Shown in pieces: positions 1 through 12,394 of a stretch of 64,000 nt of DNA (its first letter is position 1; each line of letters opens with the position of its first letter). A model generated the notes under the pieces. It made no database searches and had not been told where the DNA came from. It saw only the letters and a list, made by a program, of their open reading frames with translations. Where the stretch lies: contig JAYWIR010000011.1 of NCBI GenBank assembly GCA_036172245.1, positions 3,472,001-3,536,000 on the forward strand, read 5' to 3'. The stretch is from Raillietiella orientalis (lineage: Eukaryota). Position numbers and translations under genes: made by a program.

Positions 1-514
1 TGTCTCATCCCTGCTTGTTACCCTGAGCCATAGTTGTGACACTTGAAGAAAGGACTTTGCGCTCCTTGCTAGACGTGCTCCTTTCTTTTTGCAATCAGCC
101 GGCCACACTGTGCTGGTGGAATAAAATCCGCGTGTGAGGCTCCATTGGTTGCGAATATTGTGGACAAAAAAATTCCATCCGCGGAGATGCGAGTGAATCC
201 AGGTTTCCAAGTGACAACAGGTCTTCTTCAATTCAATTCTGCTCTTCAGGCTGTAGAATTCCAACCATTCAAATGTTGAGGTCAAACACAAGATTCGTTC
301 CAGGCAGGGTTTGCTGGAAGCTGGTTTCCTGACCTGTGTATCTCTCGGCAGAGACAAGGCACCCAGTAATGGTAGTGTAGAAAAGTTGCTGAGGTTCCTT
401 CTGCAAGGCAGCAAGGAAGCATAATAAGTGCCGCAGTGTTCTCCTTTTCTCATGAAAGAGAATCAAGAGAATGGTCCTGAGAGCACCTTTACTATGCAGG
501 AGGTGTAGCGGAAC

Positions 515-552
515 ATGCTTCTCGGCCTTTTGGCTAAGATCGGAGTGGAGTA
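515..552 (+). pseudogene. U2: U2 snRNA 5' fragment (about nt 1-39), 3'-truncated
   Basis: AT-GCTTCTCGGCCTTTTGGCTAAGATC-GGAGTGGAGTA. 25 consecutive nt (517-541) match the U2 5' stem-loop I region; the rest aligns to arthropod-type GATCAAAGTGTAGTA with 3 mismatches; similarity stops right after the branch-point recognition sequence. Confidence 0.85.
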
Positions 553-900
553 GGGCCTCTCAGAAGTCGGCGATGAACGCGCTTTCGCTAACAGTTCGTG
601 AGGTACAACACGCTAACCTTTTCCCCTTTCGACACGGATGCGCGGTCACTACGTGGAGCCGTCAGCACCACGAAACGGACGGCATGGATGATTTTTTTTC
701 GCTTTCAAAGGCAATTTTTTGACCTTTCTATTACACTACATCCATGGTTATTTATTTTTCATTTTTTTCCCTCTCTGTCTTCCCTGAACGAACCTCGCTG
801 GCCAGCAGTCTGCTTCCACATTACCTACCCTCTTGTGGTTAGCCCTTTGCATGAATTGGGGTCCTACACGAGTTAAATGTTTGTAGTTTACAACAGCCAC
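553..900 (+). mobile_element. 5'-truncated L1/Tx1-like 3' end fused to the U2 fragment
   Basis: T-rich tract, then GAACCTCGCTGGCCAGC and GGGTCCTACAC...ATGTTTG, resembling 3'UTR motifs of the L1 copy at 16060-16160 (GAACTCGCCGGCCTGC; GGCCCTACACATGTTTG). Confidence 0.4.
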
Positions 901-2149
901 CTCGAAGAAACTAGGTTCAAGCCGGGTCAAATGTATTTTCCCCCTCAAAGCCGCGTCTTTCTATGGTGAGGTTCACCTTCTATTCTCATCCGTTCGCATC
1001 TCGCAATTTCTTCCGATGGACCTGCGGCAGGAGAGTTCCTGTCTATTTTTCAAATTCCGAAGAGCAATTTCCCAATACTGTTAATTTTAAAGAGGTTTTC
1101 ATCATGTCTTCTTTGCTAAAAGTAACTGAAGTAATAGTTGCGATGCTGCCCTGAAAGATGAAGCCTCAATACTGAGTTTTCACCGCTGCTCAAAGGATTT
1201 GTTTGCTTTGCCTTTATTGAATGGATCCGCACTAACCTGGGGAGACTAAATTTAATATGCTCAATTTATCTAGAGTACATGAGAGGTCAAGAGAAGGTAA
1301 GAGGTTTTGTGACCTGCAAAGGGCATCCTGTTGTTGGAATTCTTTTTGATTAACGCAGTCCTCTCCTTTGTTTGCTTTCGAAGACAATAAGACATTCGTG
1401 AGGAGTGAAGAAAGAAATCTTGGAAGAGAGGACCATTTCAGAGCAAGATGGAGGAATCAAAGAAGAACTGGTATTATTAATCGGAATTATGGAATCGCAT
1501 CCACTCATCCCACTGCAGAAACTATTCTTCCTCGAAGCGATGGCTCCTAGAAAAATTGCCAAATACGTTGCTGCATTTCCATGGGAACATTGCCTTTTGC
1601 GTCGTGGGATTTTGAATTCATACTGTTACAGCGACTGTTATTTCGAAGGTGATTTCTGCTTCCTCAAAGGAAAGTTTCCAGCAACCCTCCGCGTTTGGCT
1701 CTTCGCCGTTTTGTATTCTTTTTAGAAAGAAGTCCACGGCACTCTGTATTGAGCTACTTTTAACAGGCGTTCTGGGAGCAACTATCCCCTGCTCAGAGCA
1801 TGGGTGGAGCAGTCATACATAGCAATGATATTTAGCAAAGTCACTCATTCAATTTTATCATCCTAGTGACCATGGAATGCTCTCAAATGGATCTATTGTT
1901 TTGTGAAGAGGAAAATTTCCTTGTTTGACGTCCAGGAAACGAACGAAAGCGCAGGTGGACATGTTGCATCATAGGAGCAGAATGATAGAGCAGGGAAGAG
2001 ACCAACATTTCAGAGACCGGGTAAGGGTAGGGAGCAGATCAATTGAGTACCAAAAGAGGTACTGGATTGACCTGCACTCTACCATAAGAGGTAGATGGAA
2101 ACCCCCAAAATTCGAGAAGGCTGCCGCACGCTGTCGGGAGATTCCTGGA

Positions 2150-2845
2150 AGCTAGATGCATGAATTTCAGTGTTTTGCTTGCACAGCCAAAGCCATCGCT
2201 CCCAGGAAGAGCCAGAGCAGAAACCTGCGAGAATATATGCGAAACCAGCTCAGCAAGATGGTGGTGTTCGCGCAACACAACCAACAGAGCCGGGCATCCT
2301 CCGGGCACACTGACCAGGATGGCGTGAGGACATCGTGTGTCTCAAGAGACCCACGAAACGGGCGAACAGATCTTCCACGAACTCGAACGGCGACTGAACG
2401 CCCAAATGTTCGCGAACCCGGGATAGAACACCAAGGGAGTGCACCGATCCTTATCAAGAACAGGATCGCGCTCACCATCCCGGAGGTCTGCACTACCATC
2501 GCCTTCTTCATCACGAGCATTGCGATAAGAAGGGTGAAAATGCGGAACCGGATGAACAGTGTGCATCCTCAAAGGACTTGTGAAGAAGGAAATAGGAGCC
2601 AGGAACTGTGGACGCAGTCACGCTTGGACTTACCATTACATCCTGCAAAGGGTTGTGCAGCTCGCCCAAGTGAGTGGAATCCCCGCAAGAACCCAGCGAC
2701 CCCATTCCCGAAGAATAACCGTGGACGCAACAAGCAAGTGACACTCAGTGACACTTGAAAACGTCTGTGAAAGTGAAAGCGTTGAATAGACTGTTGTACT
2801 GTCAACTCTTGCAATATTGTAACTTCAAGTTGTAAAATAAATTCA
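2150..2845 (+). mobile_element. Degenerate L1-like ORF2 C-terminus and 3'UTR
   Basis: Frameshifted zf-RVT-like stretch (SQETHETGEQIFHEL) and hydrophobic C-terminus, ending in AATAAA at ~2836. Confidence 0.4.
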
Positions 2846-3279
2846 CCCCACTGCGAGTCGGACTGGAACACCCACTGAGCGGCCGAGCACAAGCACACAC
2901 AGTAGAATCTCCGGAAGAAGACCAACAACAACTCTTCGTCTTGAGCAGCGCCGAAAAGACAAGCAGCTTGGAGCGGATCAAACAGCGAAAGGCAGGCTGG
3001 AACTGCAGTGTTGAGTTTCGCCGGCAAAGGATCCGATCCTCACTCTCGAACACCCGCTGAAGACCAGGGTCCTGCCAACAACGACGAAACAAAGGATATA
3101 AACCACAGACTCCTTTCGCGACTACCGAGCCAAGGAGATCTTGGAAGCGGAGGGCGGGAGATTCCCTTCCTGGAGTCGGTTGGGTCCTTGAGAGTTTTCG
3201 CTTGATCAGAGCTCCGGTAGAGGTGCTGTCGGCAGTATTTCCGGATGTCCGCTCCACCGAGTGCGTTACTGGATTGTCA

Positions 3280-4610
3280 TTCGGGTGCGCCGGAGTGTTT
3301 ATTTCGTATGAAAAGATAATCAGTCCTGGTCTCTGTGGTTAGATCGATAGTCCAACCACGTGCAATTTGACGGGAGCCTGCCAGATTACCGGTCTGCAGA
3401 CCGGTGAAGTCCGCCAAGGCAGAAGAGGAAAGGGGGGCAACCAAAGGCAAAAAAAAGAAACAGAAAAATGCATAAACAAATTTGAAGAGTGTGGGGAGGG
3501 GTCACGTTCTGCTGGAGGCGATCCTCTGCATCCTCTGTAAGATGCCGGCAAGCTATTGCTGTATACAGTGCTTCAGATGGGGGCATCTCGTTGCCATCCT
3601 TATGAATCGGGCGGCAAAGTGGAAGTGGCACCCCTGTCGCTGCGTCCTCTTGCGTCACTCCAGGCAGCTACAAACCCTCGTAGGCAGCATAGGGCTGCTA
3701 GCGAGGCTGCGGACCGAATGGCGTCGCGAACAAGGAGGGGTCGTAAAGCGTCTCTGGAGTTGCCGCCGGGGGTTCCGAAGATCGCGACGAAGCGTTCCCA
3801 GAGGAGCCGGCAGGAGCTGCTGCTTTCCCTACCTCTCATTACGCGGAGTTTGTGTGGCCGCAGAGTAGTTACAAAGTCTCGGGGTGTCCAAGCTGGTCAC
3901 AGCTAAAACACTGCTTGGCGATCGCACTCTTTTGCACTCCCTGTTGCTGGTGGATCAGCCATGCTTCCGGACCAGCAGTTCCATGCCTATCTGCAATCCG
4001 TTGGGCTGACACTCTTACTGCGAGGCGGGGACCGCCATCAAACCATCGAAAACCTTTCGGAAACCAGGGAAAAGAGTAGCTCTGTGCCACTGTGGCACAT
4101 TCTGCAGCATCTCCTACCAGCTCACCCAGAGCAAGATTTCCATGAGGTGGCAGCAATCACACAGTCTTGGGTGAAGGGGAAGAGCCAGAGGGCTGCCATC
4201 GAAATGAGTCACCTCTGCAACTCCGCAGGTGAGTGTTACCTACGCTAGAGGGAGAAGAGGCCCCTGGACTCTTCTTCCACGCGCCAAGCCTTTGGAGCCC
4301 GATCGAAAACGAAGCCGTGGGAGAAGACCTCCCCTACTACGTAGCGCAGGGCGCGCCTGTAGCCATGACTTCTACGCCACCCAGGTGGTTGCTGTGCCAT
4401 CCAGATGGTTGCTGTGCGCTGCTGGAGGACCCACATCGCTCCGCTTTCTCGGAGAGGCGGGAAGGGCTGGGCTGCCGTCTGTCTCCAAGACTGACCGGCT
4501 CCGAGGGAGCCGGGCTCTCATCTTCCCTTCAGCCCTTCTCTTTGCGCCTGTGTTTGTTGGGTTTCTTTACTGACTACCTTCCTCACCATCAAAAAAGGGC
4601 AAATGCCGCC
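3280..4610 (-). mobile_element. L1/Tx1-like ORF2 3' fragment with 3'UTR
   Basis: CRLLWERFVAIFGTPGGNSRDAL...AASLAALCC is homologous to 15700-15830; family C-terminal motif GCCGGCATCTTACAGAGGATGCAGAGG; T-rich UTR; terminal AATAAA-CCGG motif at ~3282-3303. Confidence 0.6.
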
Positions 4611-4619
4611 ATCATCGCG

Positions 4620-5100
4620 GTCAAGTGACACGCCTCGGAACCCATCTTCCACAGAGAAAAAAGAAAAAAACCCAAAAACGAAGCAGGTTGCCAGCCCTAC
4701 AAGACTTTAAGAGTTCTTCAAGGAGGGCCGCACCATCCACGCACGGAAGCGCAGCGGGAACAAGAGGGAAAGGATCACGAACAAATAAGCAAAAAAGGGA
4801 GAAGGAATGGAAGGCACCACAGTTTGGCACCTCTTGCAGTTTACCTGCAATGGAGGCGGCGCCCTCCTTCACTTCCTGCTGCAGATGGAGGCAAATTCGC
4901 AGCATTCTCCGTCGCCGAGGAGACGAAGGCGTGTGGCCTACTCTCCTTGCTGGTGTGTCAAATTGCGCACACCGGGAAGACACGAGTCTCCTGACGCGAC
5001 TATGACAGGGTGTTGATCGGGGAGGCAGAAAAAGGCCCTTCAAGAGTGAACCAGCGCCGCAGCAGCTTCTTGTGGATGCCTTCAGGGAGGAACAAAGCAG
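4620..5100 (-). mobile_element. L1/Tx1-like 3' end fragment
   Basis: C-terminal-like reading followed by a pyrimidine/T-rich UTR as in other copies. Confidence 0.4.
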
Positions 5101-5149
5101 CCCCAATCCTCCGAAGGAGACCGCACTCCAGAATCAGGTGCTGAATCGT

Positions 5150-7215
5150 TTCCACTTCCCTTCTCTTCCTTCTCCTTCCTTCCCATAAATAGATGGCCCG
5201 GTGTATGGCCTTTCGTCCTTTCTGGTGCCCCTACTAGTGCATAGAGAGAAGCCACGATCCTCCGAACCCAGTGCAGACTAAGGGAGACCAGAGAAGCAGG
5301 CAAAAGTCATCCACGCGTGAAGCAACATTGCAGCAGAAGCTCCACCAGGGAGTCTTCATGGTGAGGCATCTGCAAAGAAAGGCACTGCAGCCCGGAAGCA
5401 GATTCAGTGACCACTCGGGCGCAGGAGTGCTGGATGGTACGGGAGACTCCAGTGTGAGATGGCCAAAGCAGCGTGCTGCTGCCACCTGTGGGGGTTGCAC
5501 GGAGCTGCTTAAATGGAATGCAAGGATCTCGAGTTCCAAGGTGGGTTGCCCGAAAGAGCTGTCCAGCCTGGCAGCTCTGAAAGTTGAGCTGAGTCGACCA
5601 ACGAACCGTCGGCCATTTCCCCACGAGGTTCGTCACTCCTGTTGTGGAGATTTCCCGCCCTGCCGTTTGCCAATTGTCTCCCCTCTCCCATAGAGAGGGA
5701 GGCATTGCGGCTTAGAAGGTGGCGTCTGCGAGGGTCCATCTTTTGGGAAGAGACCGATGCTTTTCAAGGAGGCAGTCCCAAGCATCTGGACGAGAGCTTT
5801 GAGATGGACCCTTGAGTGCCTCGACGTCGGCCTTTGCCTCGCCCCTTGGTGACGCGGTGGAAATGGAAAGAAAGTGCCGGGGCAGGGATGCAGTTCAGCG
5901 TGTTCTGGATCGGCACTGGTTTCTCTAGAAGGAACCTGCGATCTGGAAACGGGAGCAGAGCTCACTCTTTTTCGTCCAGCTAGACGAGACCTCGTTCTGA
6001 CGAAAGTCGCCCAAGTGTAGAAGAAGGGGATTCTCGCGATCTGTCCACGGAGATCCCCGAACGGATCTGACGTGGCTGACATCTCCACGTCGCACCGATG
6101 AGGGCGACCTTCGACTTCAGCGTGTGCACGTGTATATCCTCTGCCCTGAGAATGAGGTCGAAGAATTTCTTGGGACAAGTCCTTGGACTGGACATGAGCA
6201 GCAGGAGAGGGAGGTGGAACGCGTACACCACCGCCACGGCCTGACACCTCAGTGAGAGATACTTGGCAGTGTCTCCAGGGTCTTCCTGTACGCGCCTAGA
6301 ACTAACTTGATGCTGCACGGTCTGAAACTCGAGCTCTTCTCTCCCCGCGTTTCTCATGCGAGCTTTAAGAGTGACGCCCGTTGAAACCAGTGTTCATCAG
6401 CACGTCGCTCCAAGGCGGGCTCAGGTGACCAGCAGGGTTTCCGGAGTCCCAGAAAAAGCTCCTCATCCGTGAGGTTGAACGTTATTTGAAGACTGGCTGA
6501 GACCGCCAATGCTCCTGGAGCTTCTCCTCTCGTACTGCCTTTTCGCGAGGTGCGGTGGCTTCGATAGCCCCTAGGCACTCAATGGCGATCCCTCTTTTGA
6601 AGACAAATCAGTGAGCAAAGAACAGTCTGTCTATCATGCATCTCTCGGGAAGAGAGCATGGATGTTCCGGAATGATTACAGAGGTGGCAACCTCCGTGAT
6701 CTGCCTGCCCCAGGCACACGGTCCGCAGTTTCGAGAGCTACTCGATGTCCCGGTTCACTAAGGCGGTCGATCGGATGCCAGCTACTCAAGCTGTGTGCGT
6801 CTCGTCCTTTGAAGAGACGTACTCCAGCTGATTGCAGAGTTGTCAACTCGTCCTTCTCCCGATCACGGTCATTTTACACACCAGGGTCGCGGTACCGCAA
6901 CAAAAAATTGGCAGAACTCCGCCGGCAGACCGTCTTCCCAGATGCTTCTGCGCTCTTCGAGCATCCCCGTGGCGGCCATCTCCCCCGTCGACAAGGGTTC
7001 GTCCAAGCGCACGCGCTCCTTCTCGATTAACGCCGCAGAGCACTCCGACAGCAGCTGCTCCGCTTAGTCACTCCCGATGGACCACTTCGCGTACGCGGAA
7101 GCGTACGAGTCACCTGCCATTTTCCTCACCTGTGCTGGAGCCGAACGTTCAGGGACCTCTTCCGCCGGTCCAATCTCTCGATACTTACCTTGACTTCTCC
7201 TCCTCCTCCTTCGTG
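5150..7215 (-). mobile_element. Decayed L1/Tx1-like ORF2 (RT domain 0 through thumb and zinc finger)
   Basis: Minus strand LIEKERVRLDEPLSTGEMAATGMLEERRSIWEDGLPAEFCQFF (RT domain 0), LFKGRDAHSLSSWHPI (domain 1), KYLSLRCQAVAV...CPKKFFDLILR (thumb); many frameshifts and deletions. Confidence 0.8.
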
Positions 7216-7224
7216 CTCATCCAA

Positions 7225-8610
7225 TTGTCACCGGTAGTTTATTGCTTACGATGAGCATACAAGAATCACTGGCAGAAGCCGAGGTCCTACTAGATCCAAA
7301 TGCACTGCCGAGATGACGAGATGCCGGTACTTTGACCGACAAGGTTCGCCTCTGAAACAGAGGGGATGGAAACCAACAAAGAGAAAACAAAATACAAATA
7401 AATAAATGCAAATAAATAGAAATAAAAATAATAAATAAACGTAAAAACATCGAGGAAGGCTTCGGGAAGGGATTCCTGGCTGCTGCGGAGCATCCTCTGC
7501 ATCCTTTGGAAGATGCCGGCACACTCCACCACAATGCTTCTCATGTGGAGTCATCTTGCTGCTATCCAGGAGGAGCCAATGGAGAAGAGGATGGAGTTCT
7601 TCTTGTGCTTTGGTCTCTTTCAGTGACATTATGGCACTCCACAATCCTGCGAAGGCGGCAAACATTCCCTGCCGCGACTCTGCTAGCGGCGGTGCACCAC
7701 GCACGAGGAGGAGTCCTTGGGGTTGCCCATAGGGGTCTGAAGGGCCGTCGTGAAATGACTCCAAAGGGGTTTGAAGGCAACGTAGTTTACAAGCAGACGC
7801 GTGCAGTATTCCCGTCTCCGCACCTCCAACAGTTTAGATCCACCCTCCCCCTGGTTCAGTGATGCCTGCGGACGTTCATTGGGAGACCTCAGTGCAACAT
7901 CAGCAGGACTCACTCCATCAATTCGATGGAAACTGCGAAACTTGCGGGACTGTTTATGGATGCCGAAGAAAGCACCGGGTCTTCTGAGGGAAATCTTCAG
8001 AAGCTGATGCCGGAGAATGGGTCTTTTTTGGTAATTCAATTGGGATGGCAGGGTCCGTGAGCTGGATCGCCGTCCATCCGCCAAGCGGTTTCTTGTTGCA
8101 GAAGATTTCGCAGGGGACTCTCGCCTCGCCGGTAGGCAACTGACCATTTTGTTCCCTTAGGGAGGGCAGCGATGCAGCGACAGGGGCGCTCTCTGTGTGC
8201 ATGCTGGGAACATTGGTGATCTTTCGCGGGAAGTCCAGCTGCTCCCCTTCGCCCGGGTAGCCAACCGGAGGAGCTGATGTCCGCATTGGACAACACGTTG
8301 GAATGTCTGCGCATGAGGAAAGAAGAAGGTCCTTCTCAGCCGGCTACTCGCTTAACGAAGACACCAGTGAGCGCCCCGGTGTTTCTCTGTGAAGACCAGT
8401 GTACCTCTGGCAGTAGGATCGGGTGGTCAGGTCTTCCACCCCGACACGGAGCAGTAAAATCTTTGAGGCAAACACGGAACCTCCCTGTGCTCCAAGGCTT
8501 TCCGTAGAAGTTCCTCGGTCCCCTTTTTCATATATTTGAGAGCGGAACAAACGGAAAGGTAGGGAACTGGAGTAGAGAGGGGAGAGGCTACGAACGTGTC
8601 TCACTTCCGG
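7225..8610 (-). mobile_element. L1/Tx1-like ORF2 3' fragment (thumb, zf-RVT, 3'UTR)
   Basis: ESVLLMLH*GLPMNVRRHH*TRGRVDLNCWRCGDG and LWSHFTTALQTPMGNPKD; GCCGGCATCTTCCAAAGGATGCAGAGG C-terminus; T-rich UTR. Confidence 0.75.
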
Positions 8611-9479
8611 CCACTTTCAAACGGGCCAAGCGCCAACTGTGCTCTGTGAAGGCGGCCGGGACAGGCTTACTCCAGGGAGAAGTCCCCCACGGAAACCTCC
8701 CGTGAGGAACCCCGGGAGAATCCAGTTTGTCCGTCCAGTCCATGCCGCACCGACCGGAACCATCGACGACGACTTCGCCCTGTTGCCGCGCATTCTAGCA
8801 GCTCTGCGCCGTACCCACCCGAAGAAGTCATCGAGCAATTCGCCGGCGTGGACACGGGTAGAAGGAGCGGAAGATGATTTGCATAGAACAACACGACAGG
8901 CACCAGGGGCACGAGCACAGCTGGTGATCTAAGGTTCATCCTGAATGCTTTCAGCCCAGACTGCCTCCCTGCCGCTCGCCGGCCGCTGAGAGAAATGGTG
9001 ATCATCGCGGAGTGACAGCTGAAACCCATATAGGCCAGAAGGACGGCTGGAAGACCCATGGGTTCCGAGGGATACTATGACCTCAAAGGCATCCATCCCC
9101 ACACGTCCTTACCATCCCCGGCCAACGAGGAACCCGAATTTCCCGAGGCCGATCGTTCGCAGCCTAATGCAGCTGAAACCATGTGCTGGAGAAGAGCAGC
9201 TTCGCTTCTGGACTTCTCCAGGAAGCGCGACGCCGTCGTTCACATTTTCGCCGCTTCGCGTCTTTGCTCCACGACCCCCCTTCCCAACTCTTGTATTTCC
9301 TTTTCTTCATTCTTTTCCAGGTGGACAATTCATCTTCTCCTTCCGTAGAGTCTTTTCTGGAAGGTTCCCTGTTGCCGTGTTTGCGCTCAGCGGATGCGTT
9401 CGTATCCGCGCGGCTCCTTTCCCCCTATTTTCACAGAGGTTGCGCGCCCATTCTGGGGCGCAACCGGTTCCATGTGGCT

Positions 9480-9990
9480 CAGCTGGCCACAGAAAAGGGA
9501 CAGCTATCGTGGAGCGCGCGCTTTTCAACGCACCTCCACGATGCTTGCAGCGGCCTCACACTTTCGCCTTCCCGGCGAATCCCAGCTCTGCCGCCTACCT
9601 GCAGCTTGTCGGGAACGACCTGCCCTTGACGTCGAGGCCAAAGCACGAAAAGCATCCCAACCACCAGACGAGAGGGAGCGCGTCTCCGAACGGTGCAGAG
9701 CGCTACCGCATCACCCCGATCCTGCTGCTGGACTGCGACTTCGCAGCTGGCAGCCATGCGTGGCAGCACCCTTCGGTAGCCTTTGCTGCGGTTCTTCAGT
9801 TCCGAAAGGGCGCTCGGCTGCCGCGCCGACCGCGATCGTCTGCTGCATCTGGGCCGGAGCCGCGCGACTCGAAATGAGGAAGATCGTCATGATAGTCAGA
9901 GAGCGGCCGTCCATCTCATCCTTTGCCCGAAGAGAAGACTAACAAGAGGGTCTCACCATCGATCGAAAATCGAAGAGTGCACCTCCTGAA
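9480..9990 (+). mobile_element. L1/Tx1-like zf-RVT fragment
   Basis: NHQTRGSASPNG..PILLLDC matches the family motif HWTRG.ASPNC.RC..PHLLLDC. Confidence 0.55.
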
Positions 9991-10559
9991 TCGCGGTTAG
10001 ACCGTAAGAAAGATGCGGGAAGTCTTCCGTGACCTTCCCCTCCCTTTCCTCCCCTGAATCGCGGTGAAATTGATCCCCGCTTTGCTTTCTTAGCATTTAT
10101 GAATGCACTTTGAACCGGTCTTTATGAAGATTCACTCTTCCGTTCTGTTTTGCATCCTCCCTTTCCCCTTCCCGCCCGTTCTGTTCGCCCGTTCTGAATG
10201 ATTCTGGCCTGAGAGTCAGTGCAGCTCCATTTTTTTTACACATTCAAATGCTGCCATGAAGAAGCATCTCGGCGTGGCACCAGAATGTTTTCCTGATTTC
10301 AGTGCTCAGTCCAGAGAGAACAAACGCAGCATGGCTGCTTCGTTCGATCACTGCTCCCGAAAGGCGTATCAGACGTCCTTAATTGGGGGCAGGAAAAGCT
10401 CAGAACAGTCTATCCCTGCCTTCTGGACTGGATTCACGGGAGTAAACCAGGGAATTTGCTTTCATCTGAGAAATACTTGGAGGGATTCTTTTATGTGCCT
10501 CCCCATCTGGTCATCCCGTCTGGTAGTTAATTCTGGGAGCCCCCGCTAAGTCGGAAGTT

Positions 10560-11347
10560 GGCGCCCACTGTCTTTCTGCTTCCAATTTTCCTGCTGGGCT
10601 TCCAGGGACCTCGAGTTCTCCCAGCCACTCGTCGTTCTCACACTATCACTCCAGTGCTTCCGAGGAAACTCGCAGTCTCTCCCTTGTGTGCACGAACACT
10701 TCAGTGCCTCCATTCAGATGGAAGTAGCATATTCTGCTGTTTTTACACTGGAGGAAGGGATTCCATTGCATCCAGCGCAGACACCTGGATTCCGGAAGAC
10801 CTGCCTCCACAAGCTGTTGCGATGAGAGTCGATGGTATCTCTCCTGCACCCCTTGTTGGATTGCAGCGCCCTCGAGGGACATCTGGCGGGAACTCGCTTC
10901 GGCCTCCTCCATCCGCGGAACATTGCCAGGGACTTGCTGAGGCGTTTCTTCAAGCAAGGCGCGGTGATCAGAACGAGATGCCGCATGCGCGCCATCTTCA
11001 CAGCCCGTTCCGTGATGGAGTCTCGTTGGCAGCGAAGGGAGGCCATCCGGAAGGTGGCGGCTGTGATGGCCTCTCCTGCAAGAAGTCTCCAGGGAGATCT
11101 CCAGAATTCAGCGCCAGCTCTAGGAAGTAAGGAGTAGCTGAAACCCAAAACCCACTGCCTCCACTCTCCTCCTACTTTTTGTTTTTATGGTTTGTTTTTA
11201 TTGTCCTCTCCCACCCTCCTGCTCCGGACTCCCTCAGAAGCCAGCCTGCGAGATGGTGGTCATCGTCAGTAAACTTTTCTCTTTTCTGTTGTTGTTGTCT
11301 GACTTGTAGTTTATTTATTTTTAAATAAATGTCCCGGAGTGACTGGT
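10560..11347 (+). mobile_element. L1/Tx1-like 3' fragment with 3'UTR
   Basis: SLLHPLLDCSAL...RDLLRRFF; T-rich UTR; terminus AATAAATGTCCCGGAGTGACTGG. Confidence 0.6.
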
Positions 11348-11823
11348 TACGAACTGGTCACTCCAGCGAAAAAGAACTCCAGTGATCCCAGCAAAACTGC
11401 CACGTTGGAGGTGGAAAGGGCATGGCGATTTTCGGTTTCCTTAGCTTCCAGTGCCATAGCCAAGGTCTCACCAGGATAGGAAGCGCTCAGCCGACGACTC
11501 ACCTTTGGTTCTGAGGTCCGGACGGAGCTTTTGGCCAACCCCAGAATGAATGGGGGCCCCCGCTCTCATCTTTTCCCCTGCCGCCACTTATTATGATTTC
11601 GTTGATCATCAGGTCGCGCTCCTGGGTGGCGAGGTGGGATTCCTTCTTGTTCGAGCGCGCACTGAGCCTCGCGCCACTCGGAGTGCGGAAGAAGTGCCTG
11701 AGGGCCTTTTTTTTTTTTTTTTTTAAAACTCAGCATGGGGAACATTTGTTGAGATCTCCCCTCCTCCTCCGGGTCACCACAGTGATACCCAATATTTGCG
11801 AAAAGCATCGCGACGACTTGTTT

Positions 11824-11963
11824 CTTTTGCAAAATCCATAACTGGAAGCTCCCCTCCCCTTCCTTTCCTTCCTCCACTGCAGGAAAGGAATTCTATCCCA
11901 GTTTCCTGTAGTGAAGGAAGGAAGAAAGGGGAAAGGGACTTCCAGTTATGGGTGTTGCAAAAG
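11824..11963. repeat. Long imperfect inverted repeat (~62-bp arms, 15-nt loop)
   Basis: Left arm CTTTTGCAAAATCCATAACTGGAAG...CACTGCAGGAAA (11824-11886) is the reverse complement, with few mismatches, of TTTCCTGTAGTG...CTTCCAGTTATGGGTGTTGCAAAAG (11902-11963). Confidence 0.9.
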
Positions 11964-12394
11964 GCACAAATCCCAAGCTTCATCTTTCGGGATGAGCAGA
12001 GCTCATTCAGTTGGGATTTGTCAAATTTCCGGGTCTCCAATCCCATTCTTCGAAGCAGAAGCTTGCTGGATTTCAAAAATAAGGATTTCAAGAAACTTTG
12101 GAGAGCAGTCGGCCTTTTTTTGATGTGGCTGCTCACCTTCGGTCTATCCGTTCTTGTCAAACATGTGACGTAGGAACCCTGGACTCTGTGAAAGCGATCA
12201 GTCCTGTTTGGCATCCCGATTTTTTCACGTGGTTTCCCCGGAGCATTTGACATATCAAAGGATTATACGAAAAACCGGGAACTCATACCTAGTGTGAAGT
12301 ATGGAATGGAAGGCGCAAAACCACCATCTCTCAGGAGAAGCAAGATGGTAGAGCGGATGCAGCTGGTGGAGGAAGCCCGAGCAGCTGCAGTCAC

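Noticed and set aside
1..480. Possible I-clade LINE remnant (also a CR1-like end at ~1140-1650 and APE-like pieces at 18.4-19.3, 34.3-35.0 and 46.0-46.6 kb)
   Set aside because: Motif matches too degenerate to support without a profile search.
7181..7190. ATACTTACCT, the U1 5' end or a perfect minus-strand splice donor
   Set aside because: Only 10 nt, no further U1 similarity and no credible exon.
9077..9877. 266-aa ORF as a host gene
   Set aside because: Runs through a T-rich UTR and a frameshifted zf-RVT remnant; chance open frame in GC-rich TE DNA.
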